From Amoebophrya sp. A120 (Eukaryota; Protista; Dinoflagellata), in the NCBI GenBank assembly GCA_905178155.1, contig CAJINV010000012.1, positions 243,271-307,270 of the forward strand: a stretch of DNA of 64,000 nt, given 5' to 3'. The notes beneath the pieces are model-generated. The model saw only the letters and a list, made by a program, of their open reading frames with translations. It searched no databases and was not told the DNA's origin. Position numbers and translations under genes: made by a program. Below, piece by piece: positions 44,041-57,600 of the stretch (its first letter is position 1; each line of letters opens with the position of its first letter).

Positions 44041-47000
44041 ATCCCAGAGTTCTTCCCCCTCCAGCTTGTCGAAATAGGCGTTGTATTCCCCAAGGGTATG
44101 CTGGTCGAAAAAGTCGAGGTCGGGCCCGGGCCGAAGGAATTTCTATATGCAGATGTTTCTCATGCAACAGAAGCAAGAGTGGGGATGTAGATGAAACAGG
44201 CTAAGTTCTCGCATCAGCCGCAGAGGAGAACGCATTGGCATTCAATACTGACATATTCGTTGATTTTCCATTGGTTGCACCTGCTCAGTCATCTTTGTGT
44301 ACCCTTCTCCGCATATGAAAATTTCTTCGGCGAGACCGAGTGTAGTTTTTTCCTCTGGTAAATCTGCAGGCAGGTGTGGTACAGGTCACTCGTGTACCAG
44401 TTGAAGTTGGTATGAAAGGAGACAGCTTCTTTGTTTTGACTCCCCTCACGTGTCACTGCAAAAACCAATGCAAACCCTATCGTGTTTCTTCTTCCCGTGC
44501 TTTTTTGATGAGCCTCGATAGCCCAGACTGAAGCTGTACATACTGCCCGATAAAGATAGAAGATTTAAAACGCAAAAGCTGCATCCCAAGGGACCACGGA
44601 TGCTTCCGTTGCTAGACATGCTTTAATGCTTTCCAATAAAGTATAAACCTCAAGTGAGGGGACGGGAAATAAGTTGCTCGCTGTCATAATTCGGGTCATC
44701 GAGGGGGTCCTGCTTGTCCGCATCCTCACATTTATCGTCCAAGCCACATGCGCCAACATTCAATGCCAGACAAGACGCAGCGGTCTCTTCTTCCGGCGAG
44801 CAGCTACAACCGCTGCCCGGCTGCAACGAAGGGATAGAGGCGCCGCTACCGCCATTGAAATCTTCGCAATGCTGCTGGTGTTCCTGCGAAGGCGCCCAAG
44901 AACTTGTTCTGGGCATCATATCTTTTAGCTGTGCGTTCGAATTACCTCTGCGAGAAGGTGAAGCACAAATTGGTTAGCTCAGATCAACGTGGTAAGAATT
45001 CAATCTGACAACCGGGCTCAAGAAGGGTAGTATCGCAGTCAACGTGGCTTTGTTCCACCGAAGTTGCTTCTTCTGGACAGAATTTTTGCAGAACGAAATA
45101 CGACAAGCACAGGTTGGTGGTAAGGTAGTACCTCAATCTTGCTATGTATGAGACGACAAAGTATAATTCTTTCTGGGAGATTGACTATGAGTCTGGAAGA
45201 GGATGCGTCGATGCATCGCGTTTTGAGTGGTTTTGATTGTAATGTCCCTCTAGGAATTTTGGAAAATGAAAAATCTCTCGGGCGTAAAGTGCTCGACGCA
45301 TCTGCATTATTCTGTTTAAAAATTTGCTGCTACTCCTCGCTTTGTGCTTCACATTTGGAAAAAAACGAAAAGAAACGGGCACAGAGGAACGCTGGATAGC
45401 GATACTACGCTTTACGACCATGCAAAGCACTGCAGTCACTCCCATTCGTCACTCCTACAACTACTAAAAGCCATTTTGCATGAGCAATAATGACTGAGAC
45501 TAAGTCTGAGATGTTCAGAAATAAAGAAAGCCAAGTAGAATAATATGCAAAACAAGTCGATGGAGGTTGTGAGGCGCCTCGCCTATTCTTGTCCTTCTCT
45601 CCGCTGAAGGTAAAGCCGAGACCTAACTCTCAAAAATGAAGCTCAACAGAAAGGCTGAGAGCGCATCACCGCAAGCGCCCGCCGCCATACCTTCTTCTGG
45701 CGCAAGCGGATATCCACGCTGCGCGTTTTAACGACCAGGTTGCGTGCTCCAACCACGACGCCGCTCGACGAACACACGACGCTATGGACTGCTGATGCAC
45801 ATAGGAGGACAAAATGCGACCACTGTGGCGCAGGCACTCTACACGGGCGCGCGCGGGCGCGTGCGCTCTGGGTTCGGGGTGCGAACGTTCGAAAGCTGCA
45901 GGCCAACCTGGGCGGCCCACCAAGTGGCTCGGTAGGAACCATACCCGGAGCGCCCAAAGGTGCTCGCGCGCCTTCGCATAAATGCGAGAGAACTGAGCCA
46001 ACCACCTCTCACTGCTCGGCCACAAAAACGGACAAGGGCGGGGGGGCGGGCGTGAGGCCGCCCGGGCGCCTACCAGCATGCTTGCATGGACGCGCGAGGC
46101 CGACAAAGCCCGGCAGGGAGCTCCGCTCGCACCGGGGTCGCCGGCCGGGGCAACGACAGAAACAACAACACACGCGCGCGCGCCGGGACGGCGGCGCGAC
46201 ACGACGCCGCCCTTACTCATGCCCTTACTACAATGCGGGCGGGGACCTGTCGCCCGGCCGCGGGCGTTTGGTGGGCGTTTTCGACTGCTTGAGAGCACTG
46301 ACCTCTTCCTCTAGTTCAGTTACCCGCTTTTTGGGCTGCGGCGCTCTTCCTCTGCCGATGTCGACGTGCGGGCGCCAGGGCGATGGAAAGAAATGCACGC
46401 GGCCCGGGCGGCCGCCATCGGATAGGCCGGCGGAGCTCGCTGCGACCTCGGGCGGCCGGGATTCTGGTATCCTCCCTCCTGACCTCCATCAACCCACCAC
46501 AACTCCGTCGCCCCGGGTCTGTAAATGCGCCGGGCTGAAATACCAGAGCGAGAAGCAACGACAAGAAGAAATAGACGCCGGCGCCATCTTTTTTGCAATT
46601 AGCGCAGCACGTAGAAGTATGTGTATCTATTACTTGACCTCTCAGCCATCGGACCACCCGGCGCCAATCGAACGATCCAATGTTCCTGATCTAGAAATCG
46701 CAAAACCGCTCATCGCTTATCATTTGTCTAATATCCTTTGCCGAGCCTGAGACACTGGCGCATAAGGATAAGCACATGAGGTCAGGGCACTACTTAATGC
46801 TGCTTCGACCACTAGTGCGTCTCGGTAGACACTGGCAAGGCCACCTCGCGCACGCGCAGCTCTCGCCCGGTAGTTGGTTCAGAAAAGTCTTGGTCGCTCT
46901 CATATGTATGTGAAATCGCTTCACCCACCGCACATCGGATAATTTCTTTTTCTCTCAGAAAAGGACTGACTCCATTATCCTCAGGCCGGCTTCATCTCAA

Positions 47001-49100
47001 GTTAAATTGTTCGCGACCATGAAGAACGAGAACGACTACACAACCGGTCGGGCTTTTTAATAAGTTCTTTCCATCTTTCTGAACATAGTCGCAGGTTGTA
47101 GCGTAGCAAATCGCTGCAGATGGTGTAGCAAAAACCCTGCCTGCAACCCAACTTTTTTCTCGTGATGTACTTGCTCCTGTCCACAGGTACATTTGCTGGC
47201 TCGTCGACCAGATGTACTGTTGACTAGGAGATACATTGTCTGGCTGCAAAAGTGCTGAGCATCCTTGTACGCTTGACGGCTTTACGCGGAGGACAAGGAC
47301 TGGAGTAGTTTGAAAATAAAAATTTAAATAACGCAGAGCGAAACTAGTAAAAAAAACATGTCATTTGCAGCTAAGAAAAAACAGTCTAATACTAGTCTTG
47401 AGAACTTTATTTTCATTTCTTGATTTTCGCATACAGTTTCGTTTTTTCTCCAAACCAGATCCGTTAAGTACAACTACTGTGAGGTCGGTTTATCTTTATT
47501 CCTTGCTGTATTTTTGTTTTTCACTAGACAAATTTTGCAACTTCGGTTCTGTCATCGCGAGCTGAAGTTCATTTGATTCCAATCTGTACAAGTTCGTATT
47601 ATACAGAGGGTACTTGTGTGCTGAAGTCAATACTTCCCCCTGCTGGAAGGGGTCAGCAACATTTTTGAATCGACGCCGCACCTTTCTTAACTACAAGCTG
47701 TGTAAAGCGTTTACTTTCCTGAAAGGTTGTTCCTTTGCAAGTGAGCAAAAGCAACTTCATCGACAACTAGAAAGAAGAACACCAGCACCACTCCCGCTTC
47801 ACAGCTGCCGGGGGAGCGCACGTTATGCTCTCGGTGGTGGTCGTTGCGGTCGTAGCCGATTCGTGCAAAACGGCTCCCACCTGTAGCTCAAGTAAATCTT
47901 GCCTTTACATCGACGCCACGCATGCAAATTTCGATGTCTTCGCCAAGGGCGAAGGGATCCTAAGAGCAAGCCGAAGCCGTCGCGTGTCGAAGCCGACCTC
48001 TTCGCTATCATGCGAGATTCTTTCATTCTCATTCTACCGTCATCCAGACAGGCCAAGTATTGCTAAGTAGTGGACTGTCTGAGTGGGGAACGAAATGCTT
48101 TCCATTTCGCGACCCAACAAGATTTGGCTTGAGAGTGTGCTGGAAGCCTTTATTTCATTGCGATAATGCCTCGTCCTTTCCCAGCTTCGCCAAGATGAGC
48201 ATCTGCAGAAGGAGCGGTATCACATCCAACAGTCCCCTCCCGACCTCGACCTTCGCCTTCATTTGTGATGCTTCAAGAACATGAGACGAGCATGCGCTTC
48301 ATAATCATACTTCAAAAAGTCAGCATTATTCTACAACTTGTTGACCTCCGTCGGTTGAGAAGCAAGGTAATGCGGGCTCAGAACCCGAAATCGTGCCGTC
48401 TCAACTGATTCCGACATACCTTCGACTACCGGAATTGTGAGGATTTTTGTCTTAGACTACAAACAGAAACTGGAAAGAGCGAAGGAGTTACTGGGGAAGG
48501 GGAACATCCTCACACAACATATTCGCGAGAACCAGGAGACCGACAATCGTATTGCGCGACTCGACCGCGAACTCGTAGTGGTTTCATTTATCCGGTCGAA
48601 AAGTATACCACCACACAGCTGTGCCTAGTATGGGTATATACAACAGCAAGCTTTTCTTATTCTTTTTATTTCATCGTGCGCACCAAACTCTCAAGTACTT
48701 ATGCAAATGCTCATGCGGAAAAATAAAAAACACAATTCCGGATAAAGGTGGTCTCCTTTTCGCTACGCATGATTGGCAGTGATGCAATTTTAGTACAGAC
48801 CAGCTGCTGGTGTGGTGTACCTCTACACAAGATATGCTGCGGAGGAGCTCACGGTCCCCTTCAGGTCTTCGTGCTTCCTATTCGCGTCGCTATTCGCGGC
48901 TGCCCGGTGCTCGATATGAGAGTTGGAAACGAGGACCCCCCCTCTACAATTTCTCATTTGAAAAATGCCAGTAGATGAAGAACCAGCAGCACAAAGAAGG
49001 CCTGCGTAATTGACGTTGATCTCAAAAGCACCTCGGTTCTGCAACTTGATATGATTAGAGGTCGTGTGAAAGCGAACAGGGAGGGGAACAGGATGAAATT

Positions 49101-51197
49101 TCAATTTTGTATTCCAAAGAAATGGTGGAGAAGGGATTCTCGTGCACTCTCATATGCGTCGAGCTTTAAGTCCACACCACTGAGCTGTGATGATACCTGG
49201 TCACGCCGTGCAGCCAGCAACCCGCGCTCCATCATCTGCTTCTGCAGGATCGCGACGTGCTGCACCGCGGCCGCCGCGTCGTGGACTGCCAGATCTGCAG
49301 GCTTGACCTTCAACCCACAGATCTTGCACGCGACCAACAAGCTCGCTATGGGGTACTCAAACCTTACACTGATCGCTGTTTCATCCTGTGGCTTTGTTTG
49401 TGTGTGATGCAAGAATTACATCATCAAAAGTGAAACTGCGCGTCGTGAGCTACAACTTATCTGCGAGGGATCTCATAGGCATACACCACTTGTCGTTGTC
49501 ATGCGAAGCCAGTAGTTTGGTCGTGTGAGAAGTGTGCTCCTGGAGGATACTTGTTTTTACCGGACAGAATTGATTTTGCATGGCGAATCAACATATAACA
49601 CTGATCCATGTAACGTTTGAGAGCACCATACTCGGGCAGATCAGCTTGTGTGCGTTTCGGTCTTTTCTGCGGATTGCCAATCCGCATTCACTATGCTGTG
49701 CAAAAGTATCGCACTCGTATTTTTGCAATCATGCATTACACTGTTCTTAAGCTAAACCTAAATCCGTAATACAAATTTCATTTCTCATGATGAGGAAATT
49801 TGTGATGCATTTAAATAATTTATACGAGTACGATACTTTTGCAATGCATATTCACAGGTGACCTTAGCAAACTGGCAGTTAGCCAGATGCTTTCCCATCA
49901 AATCCCCGTACTCGCCCTTCCATTGGCACCATTCTTCGTCCTCGGGACTGCTCGACGCTGAGGTACTAGAGGAGCTTCCGTTCGTCGAGACTACGGTGGA
50001 GGACAGGGAGGAAAAGGTATCCCCGTGCAAACACACCCGTTGTGATTGTTCGTAAAAAAGCAACTGCAATCTATCCCCCTAGTCGTTCAAAACTCAGCAT
50101 TGGCCTCATGTCCCTTAAGGAGTGAGGCCCGAGACTTGTACTGCAACGGGCGTTTCACTAATGAAAAAATCACATACGAGCAGGAGGTAATGTCATCACA
50201 AGCACAAAGTCGATCTTATGCATTGCAAATATAATGTCTGGGTCTGGAAGGACGCAAGGTTTGTCATGCTTGTCTTGAGGTATGAGTGAAGAGTCTGTCA
50301 TGCGCGTCCAAGACGTCAAGATCCGTGTGCTTCTGCGTGTCATGCAAAAACGCAGCTTGTCATGCGGAAAGCGAAACACTGAGCCGTACTTGGCTGTGCA
50401 TTTCAGAGCATTCCATTTGCTATTGGTACGTATTGATTCACAACTCAGCATGACAAGTTTCCAGACCAAGACATATTTGCAGTGGATAGGCCTGTCCAAG
50501 AGCAGTCGCAGCTAGTGGTGCCGCAAGAGATTTTTCTTCGATGCCAAAGTTGAGCCGGACAATTTTCATGTGATGCAGCACAGCCATGTAGTGAGGCGCT
50601 TTGTCTTCAATCACAAGAAGGTATGTTTGCACAGGATAGGACCCGCCGCTCGACGCCGTTTGCCGGTGGCGCATACTCCACGGGCAATAAACCTGATTTG
50701 AATATTATTTTTTCATATTCGATCGCTTCCGTTCCGTATAATTTTAATTACAACATTTAACTCGTAGGCAATAAACATCACGCTGCAGTCATCCAGATGT
50801 CGCAAGCAGAACGACGCAGAGAACTTTTGAAATTTCCGAGATTATCACTCAATGCGGAGAAGGAGCGAACTCTAGCACAAAAACGACTTATGCAAGTCAA
50901 TACGTTGATTTTGTTGATCATGCGTAGGGCGTGGATGTTGGATTTTTTGAGAGGACTCCCTCTGGTGGCGGTTGCTTCCGTGCCGCGACCGAAGGGAACG
51001 CGACAGGTTGGGCAGGATCTGACCGAAGGGTGTTCAATGCAGCTTGTGCAGAAAATCGAACTGCAGCAGGCCGTCTGCAGCGGGTCCTCCACCAGGTTCA
51101 AACAGACGCTGCACTCGTAGTGCTTGGCCAGGTCTCGTGCCTCCTCGCAGACGATATCGTCGACGCGAAATTTATCAAAGCTTCCGGGCGAGGACAT
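49101..51197 (-). CDS. RING finger + TRAF-type zinc-finger protein (putative E3 ligase); C-terminus uncertain
   Basis: YECSVCLNLVEDPLQTACCSSIFCTSCI...CPTCR; KIN|VYCPW via a GT-AG intron; CQWKGEYGDLMGKHLANCQFAKVTCE|CGLAIRRKDRNAHKLICP; VACKICG...HVAIL. Confidence 0.8.
49692..49850. mobile_element. Introner, family A
   Basis: DR ttcac; restores VTCECG. Confidence 0.9.
50018..50638. mobile_element. Old introner hosting a nested element
   Basis: tatccccgtgcaaac...gtttgcacaggata; removal + 5 nt keeps frame (GGSSSLSS). Confidence 0.7.
50217..50488. mobile_element. Introner, family B, nested in 50018-50638
   Basis: tatgcattgcaaata...catatttgcagtggata; flanks gatct/ggcct. Confidence 0.8.
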
Positions 51198-54100
51198 GGT
51201 GATGATTTCTTTCTCTTCGCACTTTTCTTTTCGTAATTCGAAAGGACGCCTCTCTCGGGTATAAGTAAAGTCTACTACAACGTATTACGGCTTCATAGTC
51301 GACCACTTCTATTTTGCAAAGCTTCCACTTCGTACCATGTATACGGACAATCTTGTTCGTCCGAGTTCTGGTGGATAATCGTTTGTGTAGCAACTCGCCG
51401 ACTTCTTTCTTTCACGAGGGAACGAAAGTAATAAGGCCGAGAGACCCTTTTGCACCTCCCATTGCAGAAGAACAGACTGGTATGCATCAGGATTACGAGG
51501 GCCACGAGCAGCAGACGAACCGACCATATCAGTCTTGGACGCATTTTCAGTACGTAAACACTATAGATACCGACACCAAACTGGCCAGGGTCGCCGGCAT
51601 CCCCGACGACAATCTTACAGTTGTACCACGGTGCGACTTTGAAAACACTGCTTTGTGTCGCTCTTGTTTCGATGAAGAACAATGACGAGCCTCTCTCCCC
51701 CTCTCTCGCCCCTGATGATGGTGCAACAAACCACCACTCTAAGACAAAAGGAGCACGCTAGTACTTGGAACAAAAGCGAAGTCGGAGCTGCAAGGACACG
51801 TCAACAACAAAACACCCAATAGCTTCGGTTGCAATGGATGACTATGGTGAAAGGGGGCCTTCGCAAAGCCGAGGAAAAGCTGCGCCATGCACCGACCGAT
51901 GGGCAGGGCTGCGTTGCGACTCCTATCCAGACGAGAGCGCCAGCGCCACAAACACCGGCCAAGAAGGTTGGTTAGTGCATACGTGCCGGCGTTTGGCTTT
52001 GACCGACAAACACTCACTGGGCGAGGGCGCTGGCCCCTTTCCAAGGGTGGAGAGGAAAGTGCGCGGGCCCGGGCCCGGCCGCACATCAGCGCGCCAGAAA
52101 AATCAATAAAAGCGAGCAGAGGCGCTGGCCCGCCAGCGGGCGCAGGCGCGGCTGTGAATGCTTGCTGCGCGCCTGGGTTGCGCGCGGGCGCTTTGCCGGG
52201 ACAGGCCCACCAAACGCGAGGACGGGGCCCCAAATATGGGGCGAAGGAAGGAGTGGGGCCGTGGGGTCGGTGGGGGCGACAACGCACGCACACGATGCAG
52301 CTTCCGCTGCAATGTTTTCACGTTTTGTCCTGCTCCTGCACTTTCCGCGGCCCAGGCTCGCTGGCCCGCCTCCTCGCCCCGCGCGCCCCGGCGCGGCCCC
52401 GGCCTTGGGTAGATTTGTTTCTATAGCGCCGGCAACCCAACGCCGACGCCTTCGACTGGGAAAGGCCTCCGGGGCGAAGCGCCGCGACCAATCTTACGCA
52501 GCTGGGCGCACATAGATGCAAGGGGGCCCCTGTGCCTGTCCTCGTGCATGTGCAATATATAACCCCGGCGAGCGGCCATGAGCTTTAAATTTTGGGTCAA
52601 CATCTCTACCGGACTCTCTCTGTGGTCAGCTATGCATTTTTTCGACAGGATGAGAATTTGGCACGGCTGGATTATAAACATGAACCGCCACCAGCGTTCT
52701 GATTCTCTTTCTGTCACAATGATTTTGCATCTGCCCACACGGACTTGCATTTGAGTCAAAACCGGATCGCTCCATAGTACTAGAATAAAATGGCTTTGCT
52801 CTGATGCTCGACTCAGGCTCTCTCCCTTCTCCTCAGAATGAATTGATCGGCGTCGAACAGGTAAAGCTTTTCTTTCTCTGCCAGCTTTATCCGCCCCTCG
52901 AAAGAGCAGATTGACACGCACTCGTGGCGAAGCGTCCGAGCCTTTCAAGATTTCACAGACTACCATGAGGACAAAGAGACCCTTCGCTCCTCGGTCGCAA
53001 AATGATAAGAGGCCCTACTAGCTACTTAGCGAGAAAAGCTTCACTCTGGGCCACCTCGTGATGAGCGGGGCTGCCGCGGTGCGTGCCTCCACCACCGACC
53101 TGAGCGAAAGCCGGCGCCGCGCAGGCGCGGGGCTGTCCCCTGGCAGGGCCAAACACTGACACTCGCCCGCACCGAACGAAACACAACGCGCCCTCCACAC
53201 ACTGCGAGCATGCGGATCCGCGGGGGTTGGATGGATCGATGGCGCCGCCGGCTGGCGTGGGCCCCGCCGGCCATCCAGAATGAAGAAGCCAACAGCCTGG
53301 CCCGCCCGTTTGTGTTCACAGGCTTGCTAGCACCGAAAGCGGGCGGCGCACCAGATGGAGAACCGCCGGCCGGAAGAAGCCCCCAACAAGGGCGCCACAG
53401 GGGCGGGCCAACTTGTCGCGCGGCGCCGGCGGGCAACCGGCGCAACGTGATCGGAACAAGAGCGAGGCGCAGGAACTGGCGGCGGCCGGGTCGGCGGCGT
53501 GTTCCGTGGCAAGCGCTTCGCTTCTTCGTGCCGCAGTTCTGGTAGCTCAACCGCTGCGCTAACAGCCGCGCGCAGGCGAGTTTTGCTCCGGGCGTCCATG
53601 TTCTACACAGAGGGGGGCGCGAGAACAAAAGGAGGAGCCGCGTACCAACGCCGGCGGGCCATGCTTTATCCAAGCGGGCGGAAAAAATAACACCATCACC
53701 GCGGCACGTCGATAAACCGCCGCCACTATCTTGCAATCGGTTTTCTCGGTGGGCATGTATTCGGTTCAAAAGCTGGCCAATCGATGATGCCTTCGTGTGA
53801 AGTCCGGCTCTCACTAGCCTACTCAGACCTTGACAGACCGGATCAATGCCGGCAAGGTAGAAATCTTTTTCACCTTTACGCTCAGAGAAACCCACGAAAA
53901 GGACAGAGAAAAGCTAGCACACCTTTGGGTTAGCATTTATTTTGATCTCTCGAAATAGAACTGGCGCTCTCTTTTGGAAACGCAGCCCTCCTGTCACACA
54001 TTCAATATTCTGCCGTCAGTCTCTCTCGGGCAATAAAAAGCTAAAGCTCGTCGTCCCACCGAACCTATCCTATAGCGACGAGGCATTTTCTTCTCTTTTG

Positions 54101-54666
54101 CATCTGCGGAGCGCACAAAGACGAGCAGTGGCGCTTTTAGTTGCGTACTAGTTGTTCTGGATGTAGCAGAAGAGCTGAGAAGGCAAGTCGTGCTGAAACC
54201 CGTCCTGCGCCTAAAGTTAAGAGAACAAATTAATACCGGAAAAACCAAGTGACTCTCTTGAACCGCCACGCCAAGCTGCATAATGTCCTGCACCTCCACG
54301 GTGCCACTTTTGCCATCTGTATTAAGCATAAGCAATCCTGCTTCATTTGCTCAATTCGTTTTCGTATTATTTCCCAGCAGACCCATTTATGCTCCGCAAG
54401 GTGCTTCACAAAAGTCACCTTAAAGCTCTACCTCGCACACAAGGCAGAAAAAGACTTCTCTTCTATATTCAAGTTCTTGACCAGTCACTAAAGCTACTAA
54501 ATTCATCGCGCTATCAGATCTCTGACTCTGAGTGTACCTAGCCGATGTGGGATCGTTCTTCTCGGGAAAAAGAACAGCGGTGTCGGCAACGTAGCCCAGA
54601 CCACAAATGCAGCCTCACAACCACCTCTTCTTCGACACACGAACAGCTCCTCCGGAATTTAAAACT

Positions 54667-57600
54667 TCATCTCGCTTTCTTTCCCTCCTTCTTGTTACCG
54701 CCCGATTTGCTTTCCTTGCTATTCTGCGAGTTCTTGTTCTCCTTGTTCTGTTGGTCTTGGTCGTCCGTTCTACTTTTACCACTTTGACTCCCGCTGCCAC
54801 CGCCCCCTGCGCCCTCATTGTCTGCTGCAGGAGGGGCCTCGTTTTCGCGAATAATATGGAGCTCTCAAGCGTTACATTCTCAACTGTTACATGGTTTGTC
54901 ATGCAAAACTACCATCGTGATCCACAGGATGAAGCTGCTTCGATTGACAAATTTGCGAAGGGATACACAGCACCTAAATGATCTGCGCGGGACTTGTAAT
55001 GCATTTTTTGCAATCTTCGCCCTTTCGCTTTTCCATTTTTGCATTACAGACTCATGTAACAGTTGAGAATGTAACGTTTGAGAACGCCATAAATAAACCG
55101 CTCCGAGTGTACGTCCGGGGGAAAGACCACAAGTCGCCAGTTTTTCCAGAAGCCCTTGTTGTATGTATTCTTCATCATCTTCCGCAGGGTATCCGACGCA
55201 AATCCAAAAATGTTCTTGGGGTCTGGAACAAGAACGCAGAAGTTTGTCATGCAGCACAAGAACGCAGAAGTGCTCCTTCAACATGCCCAACGCGCATGAA
55301 ATAAACCCATTCTCGGATCCAGCATCACGAAAACCAAAGATATTTTTCCGCTCATGCATCACAGATTTTACTGCCAGCCGCATTTAGCATGACAAGTTGA
55401 GTGCTCCTTCTCGCAAACCCGAGTGGACATATTTGCAACGCATAAAGGTCTTCCGGGGGGTCCGGCTTCTCGAGGATCGGCTCGTTCTCAGGAAGTGCTG
55501 AATCCGTTATGAGATTCTCAACTGCTGCATTCTCAACTGTTACAATTATTTTACTTTGTGATGCAAGAATGGCAAATATTAATATGACGGCAGCGAGCTG
55601 GCAACCCTCACAGAACGAATTCGCCACAAATTTTCACGCTGTTCACCCCTTCTGAAATTTGTCATGCGCAGCAGCTTTATCACGTGGCAGCTTGTTGTAA
55701 TTTCGCACGGCAAATCATGAAACTGTTGAGAGTCTAACGTTTGAGAGTCCCATACCCGTGAGAATAAGGTTTTGCTGCTCCTCATCTGCTATGCATTGCA
55801 AAAGTTTTGCATTTCTTCAGTGGAAATTGCAATCAAACTTATTCACGAAAAAAGTTACAGAGAGAATTTGTAATGCTACACCGACCAAACAATAAACACA
55901 AGCCAAAGGGCCACCGGGTCGTGGAGTCAGGCGGAGAATCAATTTGTAATGCTGATTTCCCTTTCAAACCATATTTCTCATGCTGTATTGCAATTTCACT
56001 ACGAGAAGTACGAAAATCATTTTTGCACAGGATATAGGCTGCAAGGGCTTCGGAGTACTCCTTTTGATCATCCTTGTACTTTTCTCCGAGAGCCCACCTG
56101 AGGGATCCCCACTTCTGTAGCTCATTGATGTATGCTTTGCAAAAGTATCACAGTCGTACTGATTGCAATCGCGCATGACACATTTAGTTTGTTAACCAAA
56201 CCAGCATTACAAATTTCATTTCTCCTTCTTCTGAACAAAATTGTATTTTTACGATTTATGCGATTTGCACAAGTACGATACTTTTGCAATCCATAGACTG
56301 GTGGTCGCGGCGACAACCAAATACGCGTGCCACAGGAAGAATCCCACGAGAATGATGAACATCATGCCACACAGGAGCACGAGAAAGAGCAAATACCCCT
56401 TCGTCGCCATGAGGTACTGCCCGATAACCCAAAAACTGGCCGGATAGCGTTCCTTGGTCACAGGGTCAATGAATACCTGAGTTTTGATGTTGAATTGGAT
56501 TTAGTGTTCCGAAATCTTCTGCTTTGATCTCTTCGCAAAAACATGAGGGAAAGGAAATTGCAGATGAAAGGACCTTGACAACTTCTCGATGAAGTATAGC
56601 AAACGAAATAACTAGACGTAGACTACTAGTACCGCTTCCCAGAGCTTTCTCTTCTCAATGATATGATACAATATCGGCCCTCCGAGCGGCGTATGAACGA
56701 AAATCGCTGCGTCAAAACAACTATTTGCCAGGCGAAGTAGCGAATAAATCACAAACAGAATCACTATCACGACGAGGTCGAGGACTAGCATCATTCCTCA
56801 TATTCCCTAGAAGTACTGGCTAACTAATTTGAATCTCTTATAAGTAGAAGTACAACAAGAGCAAGATCTCCTCTACAGAGCGCTTCACAGTTGTTCCTGC
56901 TCCGCATTTTATTTGCAAGCTCCTGGTTGATGTTGACTCAGCTGTTTTCACTTTCGTTACGCCAGGCAGTAGAGGCAGATGAGACCGTTGGAAAGCAAAA
57001 ACATCATGAAGTAGTAGTGGTTTTGGAGGCCGACGCAGTTGTTGATCCAGATGTGGCATCCTCTGCAAAAGCATCGCACTCGCACTGATTGCAAATATGC
57101 ATGACAAATCATCTTCCTAAAGGTAAAACAGCATTAGCAAATTCCATTTCTTTTTGCCAAAATTTTTTGCAATGCAATTTATACGTAGTGCCATGCTTTT
57201 GCAATTCATATGCAGTGGTGGTCAAATTTGGCGACACAGTGGTTGTGCGTATGGGAGGAAGACGACCCGGTAGCACTTGGAACGACGGCGGGCTACGGGC
57301 AAATAAGTAAATCTTCTATGTTGACATTTACCGTTACACGTATAGTAAGGTAGGGCTCAAGTCTAGCAAGAAATTGCCCAGAACCAGAAGTGCTGCTTCG
57401 TCATTTTTCACTTCTCATAACACAAGCTGCAGTGTTTACTCCTTCCCGGCTTCGGTATTTTGCAAGTCGTACACTCCTGAGTCGGATCGAATATCTGCCC
57501 GTCGGCGGGAAAATAGTTCACCAAGGCCTTCTATACAGTGCAAAAGCATCGCGCTCGTACTAATTGCTGTTATGCATGACAAATCTCTCTCCTAAGGTAA

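Noticed and set aside
45468-45482. agccattttg resembling the dinoflagellate spliced leader
   Set aside because: Only 10 nt match, on the strand opposite to the genes, not at a gene start.
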